Assembly (NCBI GenBank): GCA_944391335.1 | Contig: CALXTF010000002.1 | Span: forward strand, 11,801-75,800 | From: an uncultured Alphaproteobacteria bacterium | Lineage (GTDB): Bacteria > Pseudomonadota > Alphaproteobacteria > RF32 > CAG-239 | Direction of reading: 5' to 3' | Length of the DNA: 64,000 bases | Part shown: one piece after another, positions 52,177-59,688 of the stretch | Position numbering within the stretch: the stretch's first letter is position 1 | Layout: each line of letters starts with the position of its first letter | Position numbers and translations under genes: made by a program | Notes under the pieces: model-generated | What the model saw: the letters and a program-made list of their open reading frames with translations, nothing else | Database searches by the model: none | What the model was told of the DNA's origin: nothing

Positions 52177-52896
52177 ATGAGCAACGGCAATTTACCTTTT
52201 GAAACTGCAAAATATTTAATTTTGGGCGAAGGCAACAAAGTTAAAAATTTAAGAACGCTAAAAAGACTCACGCTTTCGGAATTGGCGCAGTCTGCAGCTA
52301 TTCCCGAAGAAAGATTAAAATCAATCGAGTGTCAAAAAACAGAATTGATAGATATTGACTTATGCCAAATTGCCAACGCTTTAAATGTTGATACCGAATT
52401 ATTGTTAGATTCGTCAATATGTATGGATAATCAAGATATGTATTGGCTGAGAAGCATTTTACAAAATCATAAAACCGAAACAAACTTTTCACGATTGCAA
52501 ACACAAATAACAAATTTAATACATATTATTTTATATAAAAACCGAGAACAATGGAGTGAAATGCGCAAAGATTCAATTGTCGCCTTATGTAAATGCGAAA
52601 GAAAAGATTGTGCCCGTAAAGCCAGAAAATCAAGAGATGAAAAATATGCGCCGTTTAGGGAACATTTCAAACAAACACAATATGAAAAATTTATGCAATA
52701 TCAACAAGAAGGCAAAATATTATCTGCCAACTTTTTTGCCAAGTGGTATTTGACACATAAATCCGAAGAAATGCCAATTCCTTATGCCAAACAAAACATT
52801 GCCAACAAATTAGCGCAATTGGCACAAAAGAATAATCGCGAATTCAAAGAACTTCTATGCGTAAAAGCTGATACCTCTATCGTTACGGATAATTGA
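52177..52896 (+). CDS. XRE-family HTH protein with an unknown C-terminal domain
   Basis: LRTLKRLTLSELAQSAAIPEERLKSIECQKTELIDIDLCQIANALNV (HTH_3-like). AAGGAG RBS. Confidence 0.8.
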   Translation: MSNGNLPFETAKYLILGEGNKVKNLRTLKRLTLSELAQSAAIPEERLKSIECQKTELIDIDLCQIANALNVDTELLLDSSICMDNQDMYWLRSILQNHKTETNFSRLQTQITNLIHIILYKNREQWSEMRKDSIVALCKCERKDCARKARKSRDEKYAPFREHFKQTQYEKFMQYQQEGKILSANFFAKWYLTHKSEEMPIPYAKQNIANKLAQLAQKNNREFKELLCVKADTSIVTDN

Positions 52897-52956
52897 TTTT
52901 TATGCGAAATTTTTTAAAATTTATATTTCTGATATTAATCACAAAGGAGAAGAAAT

Positions 52957-53805
52957 ATGGATTTGGAAACATACAAAAGAAAATTATTGGAAGACGATGA
53001 ACGCAAGAATTTAGCCGAATTGCAAAAAAAATATAGCGGAAAGGTAACGCCCAATTACGCTGATATGAGCTTGCGAGAAGAGTTGGAAACAAGATTTGAC
53101 TTAAACGAACTCAACGACCTGCAGCAAAAGTACGGAGAGCAACAAACACAAACAACTTCAACACCGTATAGCCAACCGAGCGCACCTCAACAACCCAATC
53201 CGCAACCGTCAACTTGGGATAATGCTTTGCGCAAAACAGAACAACTGGCAACCGGAGCTTTAGACGGATTTAGCCTCGGTTGGTTTGATGAATTAGAAGG
53301 TCTGGCAAGTGCCGCCGGTTACGGATTGGCCAGCCTAAATCCCAAATGGAACAAGACCAACGAAAGTGTCTGGGACGCAATGAAACGCGGCTATGTTAAC
53401 GGTCGCGACAATCGGCGTCAGGTTTTGGCTCAAGGTCTTCAAGAAAATCCGGCAGCGACAACGCTGGCACAAATGGCGGGGGCTGTGTCATCTCCGATTA
53501 ACCTTTTTAGATATTCCAAAGCAACGCCTTTAAGAATTAAAAATATTCTCAACAAAAAAAATGCCATCACAAACGGCGTAATTTATGGTTTTGGCTCAGG
53601 GCAGAATGATTGGCAAAATTATGCTCAACAAATCGGAACTGGTTTAGCGGGAAATGTGCTAGGGAATCAATCGGCAATAAAACACTTTGGTCCGGCTGCC
53701 AATCCGTTAACAAGAAACATATTTAGTGAAATAAGCAGTCAAGGTACTGACTATCTTGTTGACGGAATAAAAAATTGGTATCATAATTATACAAATAATA
53801 ATTAA
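52957..53805 (+). CDS. Hypothetical protein: helical N-terminus, Q/P/T-rich linker, Gly-rich C-terminal domain
   Basis: AAGGAG RBS. No signal peptide. Linker QTQTTSTPYSQPSAPQQPNPQPS. C-terminal ATGALDGFSLGWFDELEGLASAAGYGLASL and GTGLAGNVLGN glycine-zipper-like stretches. Confidence 0.75.
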   Translation: MDLETYKRKLLEDDERKNLAELQKKYSGKVTPNYADMSLREELETRFDLNELNDLQQKYGEQQTQTTSTPYSQPSAPQQPNPQPSTWDNALRKTEQLATGALDGFSLGWFDELEGLASAAGYGLASLNPKWNKTNESVWDAMKRGYVNGRDNRRQVLAQGLQENPAATTLAQMAGAVSSPINLFRYSKATPLRIKNILNKKNAITNGVIYGFGSGQNDWQNYAQQIGTGLAGNVLGNQSAIKHFGPAANPLTRNIFSEISSQGTDYLVDGIKNWYHNYTNNN

Positions 53806-53821
53806 TAAGAAAGGGACGGCG

Positions 53822-54112
53822 ATGTTTAAGGTAAATATGATGTCAATAATAAAAGTAATTTCAACTATTTTTTTTGTTTTTTTAGGTTACTTTGCCATCT
53901 ATTCAATGGCTAAATCCCAAGCATCGCTGATTCCTGGTTATATATGTATTTTTATGTTGATTGTTATTGATTGGGCAATCGATTATATTTTGATCAAAAA
54001 AGGAAAAGAAAACTCACCATACTTTGATCCGGAACATCATTGGAAATATAGTCAGCTGATAGGTATCGTTGATTGCCTGATTGTCATAATAATGTACCGC
54101 TATTTATTATAA
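53822..54112 (+). CDS. 96-aa three-TM membrane protein, paralog 1
   Basis: AAGGGA RBS. Nearly identical to the copies at 54154 and 54486 apart from patches in TM1 and TM2. Confidence 0.75.
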   Translation: MFKVNMMSIIKVISTIFFVFLGYFAIYSMAKSQASLIPGYICIFMLIVIDWAIDYILIKKGKENSPYFDPEHHWKYSQLIGIVDCLIVIIMYRYLL

Positions 54113-54153
54113 CCACCTTGTTGACGGAATAAATTAATAAGAAAGGAACGGCG

Positions 54154-54444
54154 ATGTTTAAGGTAAATATGATGTCAATAATAAAAGTAATTTCAGCTAT
54201 TTTTTGTGTTTTTTTAGGTTGTATTGCTGTCTATTCAATGGCTAAATCCCAAGCATCGCTGATTCCTGGTTATATATGTATTTTTATGTTATGTATTGAT
54301 GATACAGTAATCTCTCATATCTTAATAAAAAAAGGAAAAGAAAACTCACCATACTTTGATCCGGAACATCATTGGAAATATAGTCAGCTGATAGGTATCG
54401 TTGATTGCCTGATTGTCATAATAATGTACCGCTATTTATTATAA
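54154..54444 (+). CDS. 96-aa three-TM membrane protein, paralog 2
   Basis: Same frame and length. Diverged block CIDDTVISHILI versus IVIDWAIDYILI. Confidence 0.75.
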   Translation: MFKVNMMSIIKVISAIFCVFLGCIAVYSMAKSQASLIPGYICIFMLCIDDTVISHILIKKGKENSPYFDPEHHWKYSQLIGIVDCLIVIIMYRYLL

Positions 54445-54485
54445 CCACCTTGTTGACGGAATAAATTAATAAGAAAGGGACGGCG

Positions 54486-54776
54486 ATGTTTAAGGTAAAT
54501 ATGATGTCAATAATAAAATTTATTTCATCCATTTTTGGGCTTTTTTTAGGTTACTTTGTCATCTATTCAATGGCTAAATCCCAAGCATCGCTGATTCCTG
54601 GTTATATATGTATTTTTATGTTGATTGTTATTGATTGGGCAATCGATTATATTTTGATCAAAAAAGGAAAAGAAAACTCACCATACTTTGATCCGGAACA
54701 TCATTGGAAATATAGTCACCTGATAGGTATCATTGATTTCCTGATTGTCATAATAATGTACCGCTATTTATTATAA
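54486..54776 (+). CDS. 96-aa three-TM membrane protein, paralog 3
   Basis: Same frame and length. Diverged N-terminal TM (KFISSIFGLFLGYFVIY) and a few C-terminal changes. Confidence 0.75.
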   Translation: MFKVNMMSIIKFISSIFGLFLGYFVIYSMAKSQASLIPGYICIFMLIVIDWAIDYILIKKGKENSPYFDPEHHWKYSHLIGIIDFLIVIIMYRYLL

Positions 54777-54796
54777 CCACCTTGTTAACGGAATAA

Positions 54797-55069
54797 ATGA
54801 TGAATATTAATTTAAATAAAATTTCTCAATATCTGCGAAAGACTTTAAAAGGACTGTTTCTTATTGTCGGATGGTTTATAATTGCCATAATATGTTATGC
54901 AGTTTATTTGGCAATGGATGAAAAAGGTCGGTGTTTGAGCGAAGGGCACGGTGTTTGGGATGCCGATAGGCGTGAATGCAGACAAGATTGTCTGACCTGG
55001 CGTGAGGATATCGGCTGTGTTCCGATAACCAAAGAAAACATCATAAAAAAAGAAAAAGGGGTATTATAA
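54797..55069 (+). CDS. Small single-TM protein with a 4-Cys C-terminal domain (90 aa)
   Basis: TM GLFLIVGWFIIAIICYAVYLA followed by CLSEGHG...ECRQDCLTWREDIGC. The start codon overlaps the fourth copy of the relic motif. Confidence 0.55.
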   Translation: MMNINLNKISQYLRKTLKGLFLIVGWFIIAIICYAVYLAMDEKGRCLSEGHGVWDADRRECRQDCLTWREDIGCVPITKENIIKKEKGVL

Positions 55070-55121
55070 ACCTAAAAATTCCCTCGGTTAAACCCAAAAG
55101 ATTTTTGCAGCTATATTTTTC

Positions 55122-55150
55122 TTGCACGTTCACAAAATATTCTTTAATAT
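55122..55150 (+). promoter_or_regulatory. Promoter-like hexamers of ncRNA unit 1
   Basis: TTGCAC, 17 nt, TAATAT. Confidence 0.35.
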
Positions 55151-55320
55151 CACGCTTGCCCCCGAGAGATCGGAGGCGGAGTGTGACAACTCCTATCGCA
55201 AAAAAGAACAACTCCTACCAAGAGGGAGCTGGGGAAATAAGGCTATGCTCGAATACCCCAGACTGTTCTGCGATCAGTTGTCAACTCCCTCGCCTTGTTT
55301 TTTCAGGGCGAATTTTTTTT
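55151..55320 (+). ncRNA. Structured ncRNA, tandem unit 1 (most degenerate copy)
   Basis: 5' hairpin, long-range helix TGACAACT (55184-91) with AGTTGTCA (55276-83), helix ATCGCA/TGCGAT, two internal hairpins, then a terminator hairpin plus T9. Has mismatches in the 5' hairpin and in the terminator stem. The 5' end is not defined. Confidence 0.55.
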
Positions 55321-55367
55321 AACCGAAACAAACAAAATTTAAAAGGGAAAGTATATTACAAAAACGC

Positions 55368-55396
55368 TTGCAAAATCTGCAACATTTTTCTAATAT
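55368..55396 (+). promoter_or_regulatory. Promoter-like hexamers of ncRNA unit 2
   Basis: TTGCAA, 17 nt, TAATAT. Confidence 0.4.
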
Positions 55397-55568
55397 CACT
55401 CTTGCCTCCGAGAGATCGGAGGCGGAGTGTGACAACTCCTTTTACACAAAATAATCCCTATTGAGGGAGATACCGAAATAAGCCGTTTTTGCGGACGAAT
55501 AAGGTATGCTGTCTGTGTAAGCAGTTGTCAACTCCCTCGCCTTGTTTTTTCAGGGCGAGTTTTGTTTT
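55397..55568 (+). ncRNA. Structured ncRNA, tandem unit 2 (variant core)
   Basis: Same 5' hairpin (gcctccg/cggaggc), same P2 helix (55430-37 with 55523-30) and same terminator. The core sequence differs but keeps the architecture: TTACACA/TGTGTAA replaces ATCGCA/TGCGAT, and there are still two internal hairpins. Confidence 0.62.
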
Positions 55569-55615
55569 AACCGAAACAAACAAAATTTAAAAGGGAAAGT
55601 ATATTACAAAAACGC

Positions 55616-55644
55616 TTGCAAAATCTGCAACATTTTTCTAATAT
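55616..55644 (+). promoter_or_regulatory. Promoter-like hexamers of ncRNA unit 3
   Basis: TTGCAA, 17 nt, TAATAT. Confidence 0.4.
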
Positions 55645-55817
55645 CACTCTTGCCTCCAAGAGATCGGAGGCGGAGTGTCGCAGCTCCTATCGCAAAATAA
55701 AGAACAACTCCTACCAAGAGGGAGCTGGGGAAATAAGGCTATGCTCGAATAACCCAGACTGTTCTGCGATCAGTTGCGAACTCCCTCGCCTTGTTTTTTC
55801 AGGGCGAGTTTTGTTTT
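55645..55817 (+). ncRNA. Structured ncRNA, tandem unit 3
   Basis: Core like unit 1. The P2 helix is TCGCAGCT (55678-85) with AGTTGCGA (55772-79), which gives two fully compensatory pair swaps plus one G-U relative to units 1 and 2. Terminator ctcgcc/ggcgag plus TTTTGTTTT. Confidence 0.62.
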
Positions 55818-55842
55818 AACCGAAATACAGGGAGTTATTCAA

Positions 55843-56094
55843 ATGTTTTTAAAAAAACAAATCAAACGACAACTAGGCGAGATTCTACGCGAATATCGCT
55901 GTTCACATCATCTAACAATCAGTACAATTTCCAAACAAAGCGGTCTCAACTGCCAACAAATAGATACCCTAGAAATTGGTTCATTAAAGACTTGGAATAT
56001 ATATGAAAAATTACTCAATTGTTATAATAAAAGAATAAAAATTGAATTAATAGAAGATAGAAAAGAGATAACTGTTGAAAGAGAATCCTCTTAA
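55843..56094 (+). CDS. Small XRE-like HTH protein (83 aa)
   Basis: GGGAG RBS 7 nt upstream of the ATG at 55843. LGEILREYRCSHHLTISTISKQSGLNCQQIDTLEIG resembles HTH_3. The upstream part of the track ORF lies in the ncRNA terminator and was trimmed. Confidence 0.7.
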   Translation: MFLKKQIKRQLGEILREYRCSHHLTISTISKQSGLNCQQIDTLEIGSLKTWNIYEKLLNCYNKRIKIELIEDRKEITVERESS

Positions 56095-56128
56095 TTAAGC
56101 GTTAGAGGCAAAAGTTTATTTGTCAAAG

Positions 56129-56187
56129 AAACACCGCCATCAACTTAATTACCTCAATTGGCAATTTAGCGTTAAGCGGTGTTTTTT
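56129..56187. terminator. Hairpin between the convergent HTH gene and rplO
   Basis: Stem aaacaccgc/gcggtgttt with a long interior. T6 on the plus strand and a weaker TTTCTTT on the minus strand. Confidence 0.5.
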
Positions 56188-56198
56188 GATATAAAGTA

Positions 56199-56657
56199 TT
56201 ATGCTTCGATAATATTAACTTTTCCACCAGCTTTTTCAACTGCGGCGACAGCAGCTTTAGAAGCCGAATTTACGGAAATAGTGACAGCCGTTGTCACTGC
56301 ACCGCGAGCAAGCAAACGAACGCCATCATAAGTTTTAGTAATAATTCCGGCTTGAGCCAGAGTATCTAAATCAATAGCATTAGCTTTTAACTTACCGGCA
56401 TCAATAGCAGTTTGCAAAGTATCAAGATTGACGATAGCAAAAACTTTTGCGAACGGATTTTTAAAACCACGTTTTGGAAGTCTACGATAAATAGGCATCT
56501 GTCCACCTTCAAAGGCGTTAATAGCCACACCGCTGCGTGCTTTTTGACCTTTTTGTCCGTGTCCGGATGTTTTACCTTTACCGCTACCGATACCACGTCC
56601 GACTCTAATTCTGTTTTTTGTTGCGCCGCAATTGTCTTTCAATTCATTAAGTTTCAT
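56199..56657 (-). CDS. rplO: 50S ribosomal protein L15
   Basis: [34 protein letters not shown]. Confidence 0.95.
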   Translation of the reverse strand: MKLNELKDNCGATKNRIRVGRGIGSGKGKTSGHGQKGQKARSGVAINAFEGGQMPIYRRLPKRGFKNPFAKVFAIVNLDTLQTAIDAGKLKANAIDLDTLAQAGIITKTYDGVRLLARGAVTTAVTISVNSASKAAVAAVEKAGGKVNIIEA

Positions 56658-56712
56658 TTTCTTACACCTGATTTTCAGACAGGAGCGAAGGATAGCACCC
56701 TCGCCCCATTAA

Positions 56713-56895
56713 TTAATCCACAATTTTAACAAGATGAGGAATTTTATTAATCATTCCGCGAATAGCTGGAGTATCTTCCAACTCAACGACTTTATTCATC
56801 TTGTTTAAGCCCAATCCGATTAAGACAGCTTTTTGTTTTTCCGGTCTACCGATAGGACTTGCGATTTGCTTAACTTTTATTGTTTTATTAGCCAT
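56713..56895 (-). CDS. rpmD: 50S ribosomal protein L30
   Basis: 60 aa: [25 protein letters not shown]. Confidence 0.93.
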   Translation of the reverse strand: MANKTIKVKQIASPIGRPEKQKAVLIGLGLNKMNKVVELEDTPAIRGMINKIPHLVKIVD

Positions 56896-56898
56896 ATG

Positions 56899-57462
56899 TT
56901 AAGCCTCCTCTTTTTCAGCTTTGACTACGCCGGAATTTTCCCGACGACTAACGATATCACCTACTTTTTTGCCTCTTTTAGCAGCAATCATACGAGGAGA
57001 GCTGATTGACAATAAAGCATCAAAAGTAGCCTTAATCATATTATATGGGTTATTAGATCCGAGTGATTTAGCGACCACATCTTGCACACCGAGTGCTTCA
57101 AAAATAGCGCGCATAGGTCCGCCGGCAATAACACCGGTACCTGCGGGAGCTGTTCTTAAGATGACTTGTCCAGCACCGAAACGACCGTGTACATCATGAT
57201 GTAATGTCCGGCCTTCACGCAAAGGAATACGAACCATATTTTTCTTTGCTTCATTAGTAGCTTTTGTAATAGCTTCTGGAACTTCAGCAGCTTTACCGGA
57301 ACCATAACCGACGCGTCCTTTTTGATCACCAACGACAACAACCGCGGCAAAAGACATATTACGGCCGCCTTTAACGGTTTTAGCCACACGATTTATATGA
57401 ACCAGTTTTTCAACCAATTCTTCTTTTTTTTCTGTTTTACGACGATCTACAGCTTGTGCCAT
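56899..57462 (-). CDS. rpsE: 30S ribosomal protein S5
   Basis: [26 protein letters not shown]. Confidence 0.96.
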   Translation of the reverse strand: MAQAVDRRKTEKKEELVEKLVHINRVAKTVKGGRNMSFAAVVVVGDQKGRVGYGSGKAAEVPEAITKATNEAKKNMVRIPLREGRTLHHDVHGRFGAGQVILRTAPAGTGVIAGGPMRAIFEALGVQDVVAKSLGSNNPYNMIKATFDALLSISSPRMIAAKRGKKVGDIVSRRENSGVVKAEKEEA

Positions 57463-57473
57463 TTTCCAATCTC

Positions 57474-57836
57474 CTAAAATTTCAAACCAGCTTCACGAGC
57501 TGCTTCAGCCAGAGCTTTTACACGGCCATGAAAGATATAGCCGCCACGATCAAAGACCACTTGATTAACTCCGGTTTTCAAAGCTCTTTCGGCTATGGTT
57601 TTACCGATAACACCAGCCGCTTCAACGGTAGACGTTTTTTTCAAACTTTCTCTTACTTCTTTATCTAAAGTAGAAGCTGAAGCAACGGTTACACCTTTAA
57701 TGTCGTCAATAATTTGCGCATAGATATGCTTACCGCTGCGAAAAACAGATAATCTCATTTTTCCATTAGCAGCGTTTTTCAAAGCTGTTCTAGCGCGTGC
57801 TTGTCTTTTTTTAAACAATTTTTTTGGCGTATTCAT
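57474..57836 (-). CDS. rplR: 50S ribosomal protein L18
   Basis: [18 protein letters not shown] ... [26 protein letters not shown]. Confidence 0.96.
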   Translation of the reverse strand: MNTPKKLFKKRQARARTALKNAANGKMRLSVFRSGKHIYAQIIDDIKGVTVASASTLDKEVRESLKKTSTVEAAGVIGKTIAERALKTGVNQVVFDRGGYIFHGRVKALAEAAREAGLKF

Positions 57837-57847
57837 TAAACTATTCC

Positions 57848-58387
57848 TTATTTTTTCTTGCCTTCTTTACGACGGACGTACTGCCCTGTATATCTTACGC
57901 CTTTACCTTTATAAGGTTCTGGTTTTCTGTACTCGCGAATTTTATCGGCGACTTGACCAACCAACTGTTTATTTGCACCAAAAACGGTGAGTTGGGTTGG
58001 AGAGACACAGGTAATTTTAATACCTTCTGGAGCAGTATATATGATATCGTGAGAAAAACCTAAAGACAAAACCAATTTATTAGTGCCTTCCATTCTGGCT
58101 TTATAACCGACACCGACCAATTCCAGTTGCTTAGTGAAACCTTCACTCACGCCTTTAACAATAGAATTGATTTGAGCGCGGGTTGTTCCCCATAAAGCAC
58201 GGGCCTGTTGCGACTGATGTAAAGGAGCAACAACAACTTTATTTTCTTCCAGTTTTGCGTTGACCATACCGTCATTAAAAACAAATGATAATTCACCATT
58301 TTTACCTTTAGCGGTAACAACATTACCATTAACGGTAACACTAACGCCTTCAGGGACAATAACTGGGTATTTTCCAACTCTAGACAT
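57848..58387 (-). CDS. rplF: 50S ribosomal protein L6
   Basis: [15 protein letters not shown] ... [11 protein letters not shown]. Confidence 0.96.
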   Translation of the reverse strand: MSRVGKYPVIVPEGVSVTVNGNVVTAKGKNGELSFVFNDGMVNAKLEENKVVVAPLHQSQQARALWGTTRAQINSIVKGVSEGFTKQLELVGVGYKARMEGTNKLVLSLGFSHDIIYTAPEGIKITCVSPTQLTVFGANKQLVGQVADKIREYRKPEPYKGKGVRYTGQYVRRKEGKKK

Positions 58388-58404
58388 ACCAATTCTCCCT
58401 TACA

Positions 58405-58803
58405 CTAAAATACTTGACAAAGAATTTCACCGCCGACATTGGCCTTTCTGGCATCATTGTCGCTCATAACGCCTTGAGGGGTCGAAATAATCGAAATACC
58501 CAAGCCATTATATACTCTCGGCAAGTCTTTCACACTTGAATAAACGCGACGACCAGGCTTTGAGACGCGGTAAATTTTATTAATAACGGAAGCACCTTCA
58601 AAGTACTTCAATTGAATACGAAGTTCATCAACACCGTCACGTACGCTATATTTTTCGTAACCAAGGATATAACCTTCTTTTTTCAGAACTTCCAAAACAT
58701 TTTCACGCAAGCGAGAAGCAGGAGAGATGACTTCCTTTTTCTTTGCGCTTTGTGCGTTTCTAATGCGAGTGAGCATATCGCCCAAAGGATCAGACATAGA
58801 CAT
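58405..58803 (-). CDS. rpsH: 30S ribosomal protein S8
   Basis: [14 protein letters not shown] ... GGEILCQVF. Confidence 0.96.
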   Translation of the reverse strand: MSMSDPLGDMLTRIRNAQSAKKKEVISPASRLRENVLEVLKKEGYILGYEKYSVRDGVDELRIQLKYFEGASVINKIYRVSKPGRRVYSSVKDLPRVYNGLGISIISTPQGVMSDNDARKANVGGEILCQVF

Positions 58804-58816
58804 TTCTCAAATCTCC

Positions 58817-59122
58817 TTACCAGCTGGATTTTACTAAACCGGGGATTTCACCGAAACTTGCCATTCTTCTTAATTCATTACGGCATAATTTAAACTTACG
58901 GTAAACGCCACGGGAACGACCTGTATTTTCACAACGGTTTTTTATACGAACCTTTGATGAATTGCGAGGTAATTCGGCTAATTTCAATACTTTTTTGAAT
59001 CTTTCTTCCGGAGAAGTATTTTTATCTTTAATTTCGGCAATTAATTTATTGCGAATATTTGCAAACTTCTCTGCTTTTTGGATTCTTTTTAAGTTTCTGT
59101 ATATAGAACTCTTTTTTGCCAT
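58817..59122 (-). CDS. rpsN: 30S ribosomal protein S14 (long, 101-aa form)
   Basis: C-terminal [23 protein letters not shown]. Confidence 0.95.
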   Translation of the reverse strand: MAKKSSIYRNLKRIQKAEKFANIRNKLIAEIKDKNTSPEERFKKVLKLAELPRNSSKVRIKNRCENTGRSRGVYRKFKLCRNELRRMASFGEIPGLVKSSW

Positions 59123-59136
59123 GGTAAAATCTCCGC

Positions 59137-59685
59137 TTAATTCTTAATCGGTAAGTTAAAACCTACGAGAAGAGCTTTAGCTTCTTCATCGGTTTTAGCA
59201 GAAGTACAGATAACTATATCCATTCCGCGAACGGCATCAACTTTTTCATAGTTGATTTCAGGGAAAATAATCTGTTCTTTAATGCCAAAAGCGAAATTGC
59301 CGCGGCCATCAAAATTTTTACCCTGAATACCGTGAAAATCTCGGATACGCGGTAATGCCATATTGACCAATCTTTCCAAGAATTCATACATTTTTGCTCT
59401 ACGCAAAGTAACTTTGCAGCCTATTGGCATATCTTCTCTAACTTTAAAGGTAGCTATAGATTTACGAGCTTTTGTTATAACTGCTTTTTGACCGGCGATT
59501 AAGCCCATTTCATCAGCAGCATTTGTAAGTTTTTTCTTGTCCATAACGGCATCTCCGACACCCATATTAAGGACAATTTTGGTCAGCTTAGGAATCTCGT
59601 GGTTATTGGTGTAACCGAATTTATCCACGAGAGATTTCTTAATGACCTCATTATATAATTTTTCAAAATTTGTCATCAATTTCAT
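59137..59685 (-). CDS. rplE: 50S ribosomal protein L5
   Basis: [16 protein letters not shown] ... [17 protein letters not shown]. Confidence 0.96.
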   Translation of the reverse strand: MKLMTNFEKLYNEVIKKSLVDKFGYTNNHEIPKLTKIVLNMGVGDAVMDKKKLTNAADEMGLIAGQKAVITKARKSIATFKVREDMPIGCKVTLRRAKMYEFLERLVNMALPRIRDFHGIQGKNFDGRGNFAFGIKEQIIFPEINYEKVDAVRGMDIVICTSAKTDEEAKALLVGFNLPIKN

Positions 59686-59688
59686 CCC

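Larger units (their letters stand above)
53755..54797 (+). repeat. 332-bp-period tandem array (3 units) carrying the 96-aa paralogs, each preceded by a relic of the upstream gene's 3' end
   Basis: CTTGTT(G/A)ACGGAATAAA occurs at 53755, 54117, 54449 and 54781. The first occurrence encodes LVDGIK inside the 282-aa gene. Confidence 0.9.

Noticed and set aside
53755-54797. The 332-bp tandem periodicity as a CRISPR array or satellite DNA
   Set aside because: Each unit is a complete ORF with an RBS. The period is far too long, and there is no short-repeat/unique-spacer organisation.
55122-55836. The tandem RNA units as a known riboswitch class or as a type III toxin-antitoxin RNA array
   Set aside because: From memory, the glycine, ykkC/guanidine-I, TPP, c-di-GMP-I, SAM-II, ZTP and fluoride consensus cores are not present. 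Units 1 and 2 are followed by another RNA unit and not by a gene. Type III antitoxin arrays have short repeats (about 36 nt) without individual promoters and precede an endoRNase toxin, which is absent here. Known-family membership cannot be excluded without running cmscan.
55105-56006. ORF-track ORFs overlapping the repeat units (55105..55464, 55122..55322, 55616..55819, 55791..56006), some with the repeated peptide LPPRDRRRSVTTP
   Set aside because: The three DNA units differ by indels that are not multiples of three, and the reading frames are not conserved between copies. Substitutions instead preserve base pairing. These ORFs also start inside promoter-like hexamers and run through terminator hairpins. 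They are interpreted as non-coding RNA.
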